This document shows positions 27,054 to 37,567 of a stretch of 64,000 bases of DNA, in pieces. A model generated the notes under the pieces. It did not search any database, was not told the DNA's origin, and saw nothing but the letters and a program-made list of their open reading frames with translations. Every line of letters begins with the position of its first letter. Position 1 is the stretch's first letter. The DNA comes from Nanobdellati archaeon (GTDB lineage Archaea > Nanobdellota > Nanobdellia > CSSed11-243R1), in the NCBI GenBank assembly GCA_027007025.1, contig JALTFL010000002.1, positions 167,066 to 231,065 of the forward strand. The letters run 5' to 3'. The position numbers and the translations under genes are program-made.

Positions 27054-27680
27054 TTGGAAGTCATTTACGAGAATAAGACAAATGAGATTAGGCTCATTAT
27101 CTCAAATCTAGTCATCATCTTAGTGTTTGGTATCCCTATGATTAGATTAAAAAACATGTTCCTCCCACTGCTCACTATTGTGCTGTTCTCAACAACAATA
27201 ATATTCGTTTTAGTAATTAGGGTATTAATAAGATCAAAGATATATTTCTCTGACAACGGAATCAAGATAGTCGATGTAAACAAAGAAATTCAAATACCCA
27301 AAGAAATAATAAGAAGCATAAACAAGGTGAGATTAACGTTCAACAACTATAACAGGTACATAGATATCCTTGGAATCTGTACCACTAGAATACCCTATGC
27401 AAAAATTGAATCAAAAAGAGGTATATTAGTTTCGATATACAATCTATTTGAGATACTACTACAAAAAGTAAATCTAACAGACTATGTTGAAATGCAATCG
27501 ATGTTCACACAAAACAAAGAGTTAAGTGGGTGTGACATAACTATCCCTCAAACATTCGACTACAAACTGCTGATGAAAAAGTTCAAAGAATACTTTCCAG
27601 AAAAAGTAACTGACAAAATCGTGGTAAAAAAGCAAAAAATAAATTTTAATAATATATCACTTAAAAAGGTATTAAAATGA
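27054..27680 (+). CDS. hypothetical membrane protein
   Basis: Two N-terminal TM helices plus soluble domain. Confidence 0.55.
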   Translation: MEVIYENKTNEIRLIISNLVIILVFGIPMIRLKNMFLPLLTIVLFSTTIIFVLVIRVLIRSKIYFSDNGIKIVDVNKEIQIPKEIIRSINKVRLTFNNYNRYIDILGICTTRIPYAKIESKRGILVSIYNLFEILLQKVNLTDYVEMQSMFTQNKELSGCDITIPQTFDYKLLMKKFKEYFPEKVTDKIVVKKQKINFNNISLKKVLK

Positions 27681-28240
27681 AATTTGAAGAAATAAAAAAG
27701 CAAGCTGAAAATTGTAGGAAATGTGATTTGTGGAAGACGCGCACAAATGTAGTCTTCGGTGAAGGTCCAACTAATGCAAAAGTGATGTTTATAGGTGAAG
27801 CCCCTGGTTTCAACGAGGACAAGCAGGGGAAACCTTTCGTGGGAAGGGCGGGAAAGTTTCTCGACGAACTTCTGACTGCCGCCGGGTTGAAACGTGAAGA
27901 TGTATACATCACAAACATTGTTAAGTGCCGTCCGCCAAACAACAGGGACCCGACAGACAGCGAGATAAAAGCGTGTTATCCTTATCTTGATTTTCAGATA
28001 AGCCACATAAATCCGAAGATTATTGTTCCTCTCGGCAGGCACGCTTCCAAAGTCATTTTTGAGAGATACAAATTACCTTTTGAAGGGATTTCTAAGGAGC
28101 ATGGAAAAACGAGGGAAATTTCAAATTTATTTGGAAAGCTGAAAATTATTCCTATGTATCATCCCGCGGCGGCAATTTACAACCAGTCGCTTAAAGGCGT
28201 TTTAATCGAGGATTTCAAAAAGGCGCTTGGAAATGTGTGA
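27677..28240 (+). CDS. udg: family 4 uracil-DNA glycosylase
   Basis: CxxC, GEAPG, PFVGRAG, KCRPPNNRDP, YHPAA. Confidence 0.93.
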   Translation: MKFEEIKKQAENCRKCDLWKTRTNVVFGEGPTNAKVMFIGEAPGFNEDKQGKPFVGRAGKFLDELLTAAGLKREDVYITNIVKCRPPNNRDPTDSEIKACYPYLDFQISHINPKIIVPLGRHASKVIFERYKLPFEGISKEHGKTREISNLFGKLKIIPMYHPAAAIYNQSLKGVLIEDFKKALGNV

Positions 28241-28796
28241 TATAAAAGAAGCCAAAAAGCTGCTGAAAAGCAAATCTAATAAAAAGGCAAAAGAGAGTTA
28301 CAAAAAACTAATTCCAACAGCTGAGAAAGTTTATGGCGTCTATTCTAAGGAATTTAACAAGATTGTTTCTCGATTCAAAAATTGTGACTTTAATTTTGTA
28401 GAAAAACTTTGGAAAGGAAATTATTTAGAAGAAAAAATTTTGGCTGCAAAAATTCTTGGTAAAATCTGCAACAAAAATCCAGAACTAACATTAAAATTAG
28501 TGAAAAGGTTTGTAAAGGATATAGATAATTGGGCTGTTTGTGATGTTCTTGCCACGCAAGGCATAAGGAGAATTGCCAAAGAAAAACAAAGAGAACTATT
28601 CGGTTTGTCAAGGAAACTAATTAAATCAAAGAATCCTTGGGAGAGGAGATTTGCCATTGTGCTGCTTATTAATTTTGCAAAAGATTTTACTCACAAAAAT
28701 GAAATAAAACAAATAATAAAACAAGCCGAAAAAGACAAAGAGAATTGTGTTAAGAAAGCGCTTGATTGGCTGAAAAGAAAGCTCGGAAATGTTTAA
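28233..28796 (+). CDS. AlkD-like DNA alkylation repair protein
   Basis: IDNWAVCD, NPWERRFA, VKKALDWLKR. Confidence 0.8.
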   Translation: MCDIKEAKKLLKSKSNKKAKESYKKLIPTAEKVYGVYSKEFNKIVSRFKNCDFNFVEKLWKGNYLEEKILAAKILGKICNKNPELTLKLVKRFVKDIDNWAVCDVLATQGIRRIAKEKQRELFGLSRKLIKSKNPWERRFAIVLLINFAKDFTHKNEIKQIIKQAEKDKENCVKKALDWLKRKLGNV

Positions 28797-28922
28797 ATAC
28801 TACTTGTGCCTAAGAAAGAGCTGGCAAGTCGGGGGCGAGAAACGAAGTGTCAAATTTTCTGTGAGTAGTTTTACCTTAGCTTATGCTCTTTAGATTATGT
28901 TATAAAAAGAGGAGGTGCCGGA

Positions 28923-28958
28923 ATGGCAAAGAAAAAGAAGCAAGGCAAGAAAAAATAA
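28923..28958 (+). CDS. candidate 11-aa basic micro-ORF MAKKKKQGKKK
   Basis: GGAGGTG SD 5 nt upstream. Confidence 0.3.
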   Translation: MAKKKKQGKKK

Positions 28959-29002
28959 TTTCTCTCACGAATTCAATTTTTTATCATTTTTTTCTTTTTT
29001 TG

Positions 29003-29084
29003 TTTTGAATATATATCCGAAACATTTATATATAAGTTATGAATACATATTCTTAATATATATTCAAAATGAATATATAGAATA
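29003..29084. promoter_or_regulatory. repeated palindromic operator-like motif (consensus TGAATATATATTCA) around a TATA box
   Basis: tgaatatatatccg, tgaatacatattct, ttaatatatattca, tgaatatataga. Confidence 0.5.
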
Positions 29085-29109
29085 TCTTCAAAAAATGGGG
29101 GTGGTAATT

Positions 29110-29397
29110 ATGCCATACGGAGATAGAACAGGTCCGGAAGGAAAAGGACCAAGAACTGGAAGAGGACTTGGATACTGCGGCGGATACGACAGCCCAGGAT
29201 ACACAAGAGGAACACCAAGAGGAATGGGTTACGGAAGAGGTGCAGGCAGGGGCTTCGGAAGAGGCTTCGGCTGGAACAGAGCACCTGTAAACCAGACAAC
29301 GACTCAATCAACAAATGACGACTCATTGAAAGAGGAAGTAAGTGCATTGAAAAAAATGGTTGAGGAATTGAAAAAGAAAATAGATGAACTTAAATAA
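29110..29397 (+). CDS. DUF5320-like protein
   Basis: MPYGDRTGPEGKGPRTGRGLGYC, GRG repeats, coiled-coil tail. Confidence 0.85.
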   Translation: MPYGDRTGPEGKGPRTGRGLGYCGGYDSPGYTRGTPRGMGYGRGAGRGFGRGFGWNRAPVNQTTTQSTNDDSLKEEVSALKKMVEELKKKIDELK

Positions 29398-29419
29398 TCG
29401 GGGCTGCTAGGTAAACACA

Positions 29420-29845
29420 ATGGAAACCAAAGTCATTAAGGAAGTACTAATTAAATCTGCTAAAAGCATTTACAACAGCTTACCAATCTTGATAGGCGCG
29501 ATTTTGCTTATAGGGTTGGTAAGCGCTGCAGTTCCCAAATCATACTATGGAATGCTTTTCAGCAAAAATCCGGTCATTGATTCTTTTATAGGAAGCGGCA
29601 TAGGGAGTATCTTAGCAGGAAACCCCGTGACAAGTTACATACTCGGCGGTGAGTTTTTGAAGCAGGGAGTCAGCCTTGTTGCTGTAACCGCGTTTTTGGT
29701 TGCATGGGTTACTGTAGGTATTGTCCAATATCCCGCGGAAGCGATTTTGCTTGGAAAGAAATTCGCACTATATAGAAACATAAGCGCGTTTTTCCTCGCG
29801 ATAGTCGTGGCGATTATAACTGTCGTGGTGGTGAGAGTCATATGA
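29420..29845 (+). CDS. permease (half-size, DUF318/ArsP-like)
   Basis: 4 TM; GSILAGNPVTSY, AFLVAWVTVG. Confidence 0.75.
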   Translation: METKVIKEVLIKSAKSIYNSLPILIGAILLIGLVSAAVPKSYYGMLFSKNPVIDSFIGSGIGSILAGNPVTSYILGGEFLKQGVSLVAVTAFLVAWVTVGIVQYPAEAILLGKKFALYRNISAFFLAIVVAIITVVVVRVI

Positions 29846-30348
29846 AACGCACCGAAAAAAGCATGGCGGGATGGTACTTTTTGATTTCAGTAATCATACT
29901 TTACGTAATCTCATTTTTCATAAGCAAAAAAATTACGCTAAACGGATTAAGATATACTATTAAGATTTTTGAAAAGGTAATCCCAATCTTCGTGCTGATT
30001 TATGTTTTGCTTGTGTTAATCAACTACTTTGTCAAGCCGAAATCCCTGGCAAAGCATCTTGGCGAGGGCTCCGGAATAAAGGGATGGACAATCGCAGTTG
30101 TCGCGGGAATACTTTCAAGCGGACCAATTTATATGTGGTATCCATTGCTAAATGAGTTGCAAAAGCACGGAGTAAGGAATGGTTTGATTGCAGTATTCCT
30201 TTACAACAGAGCTGTTAAGCCGGCGCTTTTGCCATTGATAATCTTTTACTTTGGATTGAAATTTACAATTGTTTTGACAATTGTAATGATTGGTGTTTCC
30301 ATAATCCAAGGTATGATGATAGATAAATTTGTGGAGGTGAAATCATGA
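29842..30348 (+). CDS. permease (second half-size subunit)
   Basis: GILSSGPIYMWYPLL, FLYNRAVK. Confidence 0.75.
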   Translation: MKRTEKSMAGWYFLISVIILYVISFFISKKITLNGLRYTIKIFEKVIPIFVLIYVLLVLINYFVKPKSLAKHLGEGSGIKGWTIAVVAGILSSGPIYMWYPLLNELQKHGVRNGLIAVFLYNRAVKPALLPLIIFYFGLKFTIVLTIVMIGVSIIQGMMIDKFVEVKS

Positions 30349-30656
30349 AAATTGCCGTATCATCTGAGGGAGATAATGAAAATACACAAGTGAGCATGGT
30401 AAGCGGAAGGGCGCCGTATTATTTAATTTTTGAAGACGAAAATCTTGTCGAAGCTGTAAAAAACCCATTTGCCCTTGGGGGGGGTGGAGCCGGATTTGGA
30501 GTAGCACAAATGCTTGCGAATAAGGGTGTTGAAATTGTCGTAAGTGGAAAGTTCGGCCCAAATATGAGTTCCTCACTTCAGTCGAAAGGAATAAAAATTG
30601 TTGAAATGTCTGGATTAACAGCAAAAGAGGCGGTAAAGAGGGTCTTAAATGCCTAG
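30345..30656 (+). CDS. NifB/NifX-family (COG1433) protein
   Basis: MKIAV, GRAPYY, NP...GGAG, GKFGPN. Confidence 0.85.
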   Translation: MKIAVSSEGDNENTQVSMVSGRAPYYLIFEDENLVEAVKNPFALGGGGAGFGVAQMLANKGVEIVVSGKFGPNMSSSLQSKGIKIVEMSGLTAKEAVKRVLNA

Positions 30657-31005
30657 ACCTATAAAATTCAGAAGAGTTGGATTCAACCCAGGTGCAATTT
30701 ATTTCAAACCTGTAGGTATACCCATGTCAACTTTGGAAGAAGTTATCTTGACAATGGAAGAATTTGAGGCAATTAGGCTTAAGGACTTGGAAGGACTTGA
30801 CCAAACAGAAGCTGCCAAAAAAATGAATGTCTCCCAGCCCACATTCAACAGAATTTTAAACTCTGCAAGAAGCAAAATAGCCGATGCATTAACAAATGGT
30901 AAGGCAATCCGTATAGAAGGTGGAAATTATGAATTTGTTGGCGGCGGAAGAGGTATGGGTAGGGGCTTTGGTAGAGGAAGAGGTATGGGGCGTGGTAGAG
31001 GATAA
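30649..31005 (+). CDS. DUF134 HTH DNA-binding protein
   Basis: [32 protein letters not shown]. Confidence 0.88.
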   Translation: MPRPIKFRRVGFNPGAIYFKPVGIPMSTLEEVILTMEEFEAIRLKDLEGLDQTEAAKKMNVSQPTFNRILNSARSKIADALTNGKAIRIEGGNYEFVGGGRGMGRGFGRGRGMGRGRG

Positions 31006-31007
31006 TT

Positions 31008-31738
31008 ATGGAACCCAAAATTAAGGCTAAAAATGTTACTTTGATAACTATTTATGACAACTATCAATATAACCCTAAATTAAAAACAGGGTGGGGCTTT
31101 TCTTGCCTAGTAAAAGTGAATGGAAAAAATATTTTGTTTGATACAGGAGGAAATGATTCTATCCTGTTAGGTAACATGGAAAAGATGAACATTGATCCAA
31201 ATCAAATAGATATTGTTGTATTATCACATATTCATGGAGACCATACTGGTGGGTTAACCGAATTTCTAGAAAAAATAGCAATGTAACTGTTTATGTGCCA
31301 CACGCCTTTCCCAAAAGCTTTAAAGCCAATGTTAAAAGTAGGGGAGTAAAAGTGATTGACGTCGATAAACCAATAAAAATTTTTAATTCTATTTACACAA
31401 CTGGCGAGCTTGGAACATTCATCAAAGAACAATCCTTAGTAATAACATCAGACAAAGGCTTAATTATTGTAACTGGTTGTTCTCACCCAGGTATTGTTAA
31501 TATTGTAAAAAAGGCCGAAGAAATTTTTGACAAAGAAGTTTATTTAGTTATAGGCGGATTTCATTTAATTGGAAGTTCCGATTCTGAATTAAAGAGTATC
31601 ATATCTGATTTTAGAAAACTTGGTGTCAAAAATGTAGCCCCTTGTCACTGCAGTGGAGATAGAGCAAGAGAATTATTTCGAGAGGAATATGGAGAGAACT
31701 TTATAAATAATGGCGTAGGAAAAATTATTAAAGTGTAG
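31008..31738 (+). pseudogene. MBL-fold metallo-hydrolase (COG1237-like) split by a 1-nt frameshift
   Basis: ILFDTG and SHIHGDHTGG in 31008-31286; TGCSHPG, GGFH, PCHCSG in 31295-31738; one extra A in the A6 run 31270-31275 fuses them. Confidence 0.8.
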
Positions 31739-31757
31739 AAAATTCAGGTGATTAAAA

Positions 31758-32081
31758 ATGGTAAAAGTGGATAGAGAAAAATGTATTGGCTGCGGTGTCT
31801 GTGTAAGCGTTTGTCCTGAAGGCTTTGAAATTGTAGAAGGAAAATCAAGAGTAAAAAATGAGAATGCCAAATGTATTGCTGAAGCAGCTGCTAAATGCCC
31901 TATGAAAGCAATTTTATTAAATGAAAATGAAGAAAAAAGTTCCTCACAACCGCAACAACAATCTCAACAAAAACCATCCCAACCATTAGAAAGAGGTATG
32001 AGACGTGGCAGAGGAAGAGGCATGGGAAGAGGACTCGGCAGGGGACGCGGAATGGGGCGCGGAAGAGGCGGTAAGTTTTGA
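31758..32081 (+). CDS. ferredoxin with GRG-rich C-terminal tail
   Basis: CIGCGVCVSVCP...CP. Confidence 0.85.
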   Translation: MVKVDREKCIGCGVCVSVCPEGFEIVEGKSRVKNENAKCIAEAAAKCPMKAILLNENEEKSSSQPQQQSQQKPSQPLERGMRRGRGRGMGRGLGRGRGMGRGRGGKF

Positions 32082-32818
32082 ATATTTTGCTTTTGATTTT
32101 TATAGCGACTATGATTGATGGACTTGTCGCATTGATAGGTGTCTTCACGCTTATTTTTAATCCAAAAGTGCTTAACAAAATAATTTACGGGCTTGTCGCT
32201 TTCTCGGCGGGGGCTCTTTTCAGCGGGGCGCTGCTTCACATGATTCCCGAAACGTTGGGAAAGGCTTCTTCAAATATGATTTTTGGATTGGTGATAATTG
32301 GGTTTGCCGTTTTTTATTTGATGGAGCGGCTTCTTCACTGGCACCACTGCCACAAGGACAAGTGCGAAGTCCATTCATTCAGCTATCTAATTTTATTTGG
32401 AGACGGGATTCACAATTTCATAGATGGCTTGATAATCGCCGCGGGCTTTGCTGTCGGCATTCCATTTGGTATTATAACAACTTTGCTCATAATTGGACAT
32501 GAGATACCGCAGGAGCTCGGCGACTTCGGCGTTTTGGTTTACGGCGGGTTCAAGCCAAAGAAAGCGCTTTTATATAACTACATCTCGCAGCTTACCTGTG
32601 TGATTGGAGGGTTTATAGGGTATTTATTTTCATATTCTTCGCAGATGTTTTCAACTTATCTTCTGCCGTTTGCAGCTGGAGGATTCATTTACATATCGGC
32701 GTCCGATTTGATTCCCTCGCTTCACACAGAAAAGAACGTCGGCAAGTCCATGATTGCGTTTGTAGTATTTTTAACAGGTGTTCTTTTGATGGCTGGGCTC
32801 AAATTTGTTTTGCAGTAA
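32078..32818 (+). CDS. ZIP-family metal transporter
   Basis: HWHHCH, GDGIHNFIDG, HEIPQELGDF. Confidence 0.9.
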   Translation: MNILLLIFIATMIDGLVALIGVFTLIFNPKVLNKIIYGLVAFSAGALFSGALLHMIPETLGKASSNMIFGLVIIGFAVFYLMERLLHWHHCHKDKCEVHSFSYLILFGDGIHNFIDGLIIAAGFAVGIPFGIITTLLIIGHEIPQELGDFGVLVYGGFKPKKALLYNYISQLTCVIGGFIGYLFSYSSQMFSTYLLPFAAGGFIYISASDLIPSLHTEKNVGKSMIAFVVFLTGVLLMAGLKFVLQ

Positions 32819-32885
32819 ATTGTCAATATAAGCATTACTGGACAACACCCTAAACTATAAAAAGGAAAATTTGGTAGTAATTTTC

Positions 32886-33923
32886 ATGGCAAAGAAATCT
32901 CCTAAAGAGGAAAAAGAAATTATTGAAGAAAAGGCAACTGATGTTGAAACAGCTCCAGAGCAAGTAACGGAGCCGGAGGAGAAATTTGAAATAGAAGATA
33001 TTCCTGGAGTCGGCGCGACGACAGCCCGGAAGATGAGGAGCGCCGGTTATGATGATCCAATGGGAATTGCCACGTCTAATCCTCTAAGCCTTGCGGAAGT
33101 TTGTGAGATTGGTGAGGCGACCGCAAGGAAGATTATACAAGCCGCACGCACTCATCTTAAGATGGATTTTGTAACTGGTGCGGAAATGCTCGAACGTATG
33201 AAAAAGATAAAAAAGATAACAACAGGTTCAAAGGCACTTGATAGTTTAATCGGCGGGGGAATAGAAACCCAAGCCATAACAGAAGCGTACGGCGCTTACG
33301 GAAGCGGAAAGTCACAGATGGCTTTTCAGCTCGCTATTAATGCACAACTTCCAGAGGAACAGGGAGGTTTGAATGGTGATGTAGTTTGGGTGGACACCGA
33401 AGGAACATTCCGTCCGAACAGAGTAATACAGCTTGCCGAAGCAAAAGGGTTGAATCCGAAGGAAGCCCTTGAAAGAATTCATGTCGCGAGAGCTTTTTCA
33501 GCGGACCATCAGATTTTGCTTGTTGAAAAGATACCTGAACTTTTCAAGAAATATCCTAACATAAAATTAATCATAGTTGATTCTCTCACTTCTATCTTTA
33601 GAAGCGAGTATGTGGGCAGGGGGACTCTTGCTGAGAGGCAGCAAAAACTCAACAAACACATACATACTTTGCAGAGATTGGCAGACAGGTATAATGTCGC
33701 AGTTTACATAACCAATCAGGTTATGGCAAAGCCTGATATGTTCTTTGGAGATCCGACACAAGCTGTAGGTGGACACGTGCTTGGTCACGCATCAACATAT
33801 AGGATTTATTTAAGGCATTCGAAAGGCGACAAGAGAGTAGCCAAACTTGTTGACTCACCGTGTTTACCAGAAGGCGAATGCGCGTTTAGGATAACAGAAG
33901 AAGGAATTCAAGATATTGATTAA
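32886..33923 (+). CDS. radA: DNA repair and recombination protein RadA
   Basis: HhH N-domain, [35 protein letters not shown]. Confidence 0.95.
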   Translation: MAKKSPKEEKEIIEEKATDVETAPEQVTEPEEKFEIEDIPGVGATTARKMRSAGYDDPMGIATSNPLSLAEVCEIGEATARKIIQAARTHLKMDFVTGAEMLERMKKIKKITTGSKALDSLIGGGIETQAITEAYGAYGSGKSQMAFQLAINAQLPEEQGGLNGDVVWVDTEGTFRPNRVIQLAEAKGLNPKEALERIHVARAFSADHQILLVEKIPELFKKYPNIKLIIVDSLTSIFRSEYVGRGTLAERQQKLNKHIHTLQRLADRYNVAVYITNQVMAKPDMFFGDPTQAVGGHVLGHASTYRIYLRHSKGDKRVAKLVDSPCLPEGECAFRITEEGIQDID

Positions 33924-35707
33924 TGGCGCTTTTTAAAAATAATATATACTCCACCAGCGAGTATTGTTATTAATAATATTAATATTGATAGCGATGACTT
34001 TCCATCTTCAAATATGAACAATCCCGTGAGGGATGGATTATTTTTTGATATTATGAATTGATAATCTTTTGAAATTATAGTTCCATCTTTGCTGCCAATT
34101 TTGAGGGTTGTATTATATACTCCTGTTTTGGTAAACTTGAGGATATACTCAAGCTTTGCTGTTTGATTAGGACATAATGTTGTTGAGTTAAATCTTTTAT
34201 CTACCATTGTAAACTTAATTGGCAATAGCGAAGAATTCAGCCCGAAAATTGTTTCGTTTGTCGGGTTTTCTATGTTGACTGAAACTGCCGTTGGTGTGTT
34301 AACATATGAATATACTTTTGTTGTGTTGTCTTTATAGATTGATGATTTGTTTATGGTAACTGTTTGATTGACAGTCTTGCTTGGTGAAGAAACACTTGTA
34401 AAAGTTTTGTCTATAATTTTTGTTTTCTGAAGTTCGAGCAAGTGAATGTCTGACAATTCAAATGGTCGCTTAACTTTCAATTTTATATCTCCTTCATAAT
34501 TGAGGCAACTGTTGTTTGCGGGAGCAATTAATATAATATTATTGTATTTTTTGAGCATATGTTGTTTTTGTGTGAGAATAATACTATCGTTTACAATCCC
34601 TTTTAAAATGCTGGATGTGTAATCTTTCGCAAAAGAAATTGTTTTGAAATCATTGTTGTCAAAATAAATAGCGAAACTGGTGTTTCTCATTCCAAATGCT
34701 TTTGCGGTGATTTTAACTTTAATAATACTTCCGTTAGCATATACCAGTCTGTTAGGATTTATTGACAATATCATTTTTGGAGACATATCAAACGAGAATG
34801 TTTTGTTTTTTGAAAATTTATCTGCGTTTATGTGAAAATTGAAATTTGTGTCAGGGCATCCTTTGCCGTCGTTATACATCCTGAAGTTGATTATTCTGCT
34901 TGACTTTCCCTCGGGGATGCTGTCAATTGGATTGTACTGTATGAACCACCCTTCATCATAATCAACCGAAATGTTTGGATAATAATTGTAATTTAAGGTA
35001 TCTATCTTGAACTGCAGCGGCATACCAATTGAAACATTTTTCTGCAATGGGGTGATGTTAACTTCAAAAATTTTGTTGTATACCTTCACAGTTGTATTGC
35101 TGCAAGTGTCGGCGCAAATCTCCAATGTGATTGTGCTTGTTTTTCTGTTTGGGTTTGTGGACTTGAATGGGATACTCACCTTTTTTGTGAACGAGCCGCT
35201 GCCCACAAAAATTTCATCGCTGGGTGTGTTGAATTCCATTTTGTTGAAATGTAATTTTATAACTACATTGTTGACATTCATAGCGTATGCTGTCGCGTTT
35301 ATGAAAAAAGAATTTCCTTTTTCAACTGTAAAACTGTTCGGGGCTGTTACTCTTGCGTATTTCGGCTTGACATTCACGAACAATATGTCGCTCTCATTGC
35401 CAATTGTAAACTTTATGCTAGTTTTTCCTGGAGTCAAAGCCGTAAAGTGATAACCGAGCGTTCCCGAGAATCCCCCATTTCCGAAGTCGACAACTTGGCT
35501 GGGAGAATCTAAACTTATGGCGCTTTCGTTGAAACTTGTTACAAGGAATATATGGTTTGATGTGTTTGTTGAAAATGAAACATTAATGCTGAAGGAATCT
35601 CCGTCAAGTACTTCAACGATGTCTTTTGAGGTAGACAAATATGGCTTTGCCACTGAAAGAATCATAAACACCAAACAAATTACCAATGCCGCCCTAACTT
35701 TATCCAT
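33920..35707 (-). CDS. secreted beta-rich surface protein with C-terminal TM anchor
   Basis: Signal peptide, many N-x-S/T sequons, LTGLF + TM + KKR tail. Confidence 0.7.
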   Translation of the reverse strand: MDKVRAALVICLVFMILSVAKPYLSTSKDIVEVLDGDSFSINVSFSTNTSNHIFLVTSFNESAISLDSPSQVVDFGNGGFSGTLGYHFTALTPGKTSIKFTIGNESDILFVNVKPKYARVTAPNSFTVEKGNSFFINATAYAMNVNNVVIKLHFNKMEFNTPSDEIFVGSGSFTKKVSIPFKSTNPNRKTSTITLEICADTCSNTTVKVYNKIFEVNITPLQKNVSIGMPLQFKIDTLNYNYYPNISVDYDEGWFIQYNPIDSIPEGKSSRIINFRMYNDGKGCPDTNFNFHINADKFSKNKTFSFDMSPKMILSINPNRLVYANGSIIKVKITAKAFGMRNTSFAIYFDNNDFKTISFAKDYTSSILKGIVNDSIILTQKQHMLKKYNNIILIAPANNSCLNYEGDIKLKVKRPFELSDIHLLELQKTKIIDKTFTSVSSPSKTVNQTVTINKSSIYKDNTTKVYSYVNTPTAVSVNIENPTNETIFGLNSSLLPIKFTMVDKRFNSTTLCPNQTAKLEYILKFTKTGVYNTTLKIGSKDGTIISKDYQFIISKNNPSLTGLFIFEDGKSSLSILILLITILAGGVYIIFKKRH

Positions 35708-35824
35708 TTCTCTTTCCGCCTTAGCGAGCGACTTTTCCCCCCTTTTAGAGGATAATTCTGGGGATTATAAAGGTTTTCCTAATATTTAGATAAGTTTATA
35801 TTGCTCTTTTTGTTAAATAATATT

Positions 35825-36214
35825 ATGGAACTCAAAATTTTGATATTGTTTGTGGTCTTAGCATTAGCAGTTGTATCATTGGGATGTATTGGAGGCGAAA
35901 AACAGACGCCAATAAATTCAAATGTTAGCCACAATAATGAGATGCCTGTGACTAATGTAACAACATCAGAAAAGCAGATATACCAGTGTCCTTTAGATTC
36001 TAACAAAATAAATTATGACTGCGAAACCGATGCGGACTGTAAGATGGTAACATGCCATTCTGGCGCGGGAGATGTTGATGCGTGCGTGAGCGTGGATTCT
36101 GGATATGAAGGAGTTCATTCAACACACTGCGTCTGTAAGGTCACAGGCACATACACCTCTTTTGAGAATGGTACTACGACCACAGGGGAAATCAAAAACT
36201 GTAAGCATATCTGA
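35825..36214 (+). CDS. Cys-rich lipoprotein
   Basis: Lipobox SLGC; CETDADC and further Cys. Confidence 0.7.
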   Translation: MELKILILFVVLALAVVSLGCIGGEKQTPINSNVSHNNEMPVTNVTTSEKQIYQCPLDSNKINYDCETDADCKMVTCHSGAGDVDACVSVDSGYEGVHSTHCVCKVTGTYTSFENGTTTTGEIKNCKHI

Positions 36215-36219
36215 AGGGG

Positions 36220-36648
36220 GTGATACCTTTGTTTGAGGACATCTTTGGAGAATTTAGTAAGATGCAAAAGGATATGGAGAAATTGTTTTCTAAAATGTCA
36301 AATCAATTCAAAGAGTATGCCATTAGAGACGTACCCGCAGACATTTCTGAGTCAAATGGCGATGTGATTGTGAAGTTAGACATGCCTGGCGTCAACAAGA
36401 ATGACATAGATTTAGCAGTTACCGAGGATAGCATTTCTGTGAAAGCCAAACGTAAGGATATTCTTGAAGAAAATAAGGAAGGGATATATAGACAGGAAAG
36501 GGTGTCAAAGGGGTACAACTTTTACACCGAGCTTCCCGTGAGGGTGGAGCCGGAGACGGCTGAAGCAAAATACGAGAACGGTGTCTTGACTGTGAATATA
36601 AAAAAGGCAGAGAAGCAAAAGAATTCCAAAAAAGTGAAAGTGGAGTAA
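36220..36648 (+). CDS. small heat shock protein Hsp20
   Basis: DMPGVNKNDI, AKYENGVLTV. Confidence 0.92.
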   Translation: MIPLFEDIFGEFSKMQKDMEKLFSKMSNQFKEYAIRDVPADISESNGDVIVKLDMPGVNKNDIDLAVTEDSISVKAKRKDILEENKEGIYRQERVSKGYNFYTELPVRVEPETAEAKYENGVLTVNIKKAEKQKNSKKVKVE

Positions 36649-36649
36649 T

Positions 36650-36958
36650 TTATTTTGTTATTATTTTTGTATATCTTTCTAGTAATGTTATAATAGTCGC
36701 GATTATTGTCAACCCTATTGTCCAGCTTAAAAGGACTTCCTCAAGTTTTTTCCATCCGAACTCTTGGTACATTATGATTGATGCTATGACTCCTATTATA
36801 ATAGGAATAGATATTACGCTTTTGAAGTGTGTTACTATAAATTTCAAGGATTCTTCTCTTTTGAGCCGCTCGTAGCTTTCGCCGTGCTTGTATCTCTCAG
36901 CTTTTTTTAGTTTGTATTTTTCCCATGAATTTTTCAGCATTCTATCGAGGTTGCTCAT
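36650..36958 (-). CDS. hypothetical membrane protein
   Basis: Two TM helices. Confidence 0.55.
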   Translation of the reverse strand: MSNLDRMLKNSWEKYKLKKAERYKHGESYERLKREESLKFIVTHFKSVISIPIIIGVIASIIMYQEFGWKKLEEVLLSWTIGLTIIATIITLLERYTKIITK

Positions 36959-37015
36959 GTCAATTCCAATAAAGATTTATATTTTAAACCTTTCTAAGAT
37001 AATAGGGGGTATGAT

Positions 37016-37480
37016 ATGTTGGTGAGTTGTAGTATATGTGGCAAAAGAGATGCGACTGTTATAGCGGTTATTGAAGGAGTTTCTCTTGAAGTTTGCGACG
37101 AGTGCGCAAAGCTTGGAAGGGTGTCAAAAAGAATAGCCGAAAAGAAGGTAGTCAAGAAGACGAAGCCTGTTCCTCTGCGAAGGGAAGTGGAGGAATCAAT
37201 AGTTCTGGACTTCGCCGGAAAAATAAAGTCCGTCCGCGAGAAGAACGGCATGACTCAAGAAGATTTTGCTAAAACCCTGAATGAGAAGCTAAGCGTCATG
37301 AAGCACGTCGAAAACGGAAACCTGGTTCCGAGCCTCAAACTCGCCAGAAAGATAGAAGACAAGTTTGGCATTCAACTGATTGAGGAACAAGGAGAGGTCG
37401 GCGGAGGCGGAGCATCATTCGGCGCGTCGGAAAAGGCCACGCTGGGCGACTTGATTGAGATAAAAAGAAGAAAGAAATAA
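37016..37480 (+). CDS. multiprotein bridging factor aMBF1
   Basis: CxxCG..IEG..VCxxC, HTH, C-terminal TLGD. Confidence 0.9.
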   Translation: MLVSCSICGKRDATVIAVIEGVSLEVCDECAKLGRVSKRIAEKKVVKKTKPVPLRREVEESIVLDFAGKIKSVREKNGMTQEDFAKTLNEKLSVMKHVENGNLVPSLKLARKIEDKFGIQLIEEQGEVGGGGASFGASEKATLGDLIEIKRRKK

Positions 37481-37567
37481 TTACTGTTTTAATATTTCTT
37501 TTTTTGTTTTCATATAATTTTACATCACACCGAATGTTATAAAAAATACAAAAGAGTTAATTGATAT

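Noticed and set aside
28909-28932. GGAGGTGCCGGAATGGCAAA resembles a tRNA 5' half (possible split tRNA)
   Set aside because: No D-stem closure, anticodon arm or trans-pairing leader; better explained as SD plus ATG
32886-33923. Inteins in RadA or RtcB
   Set aside because: Both proteins are of normal length with contiguous motifs
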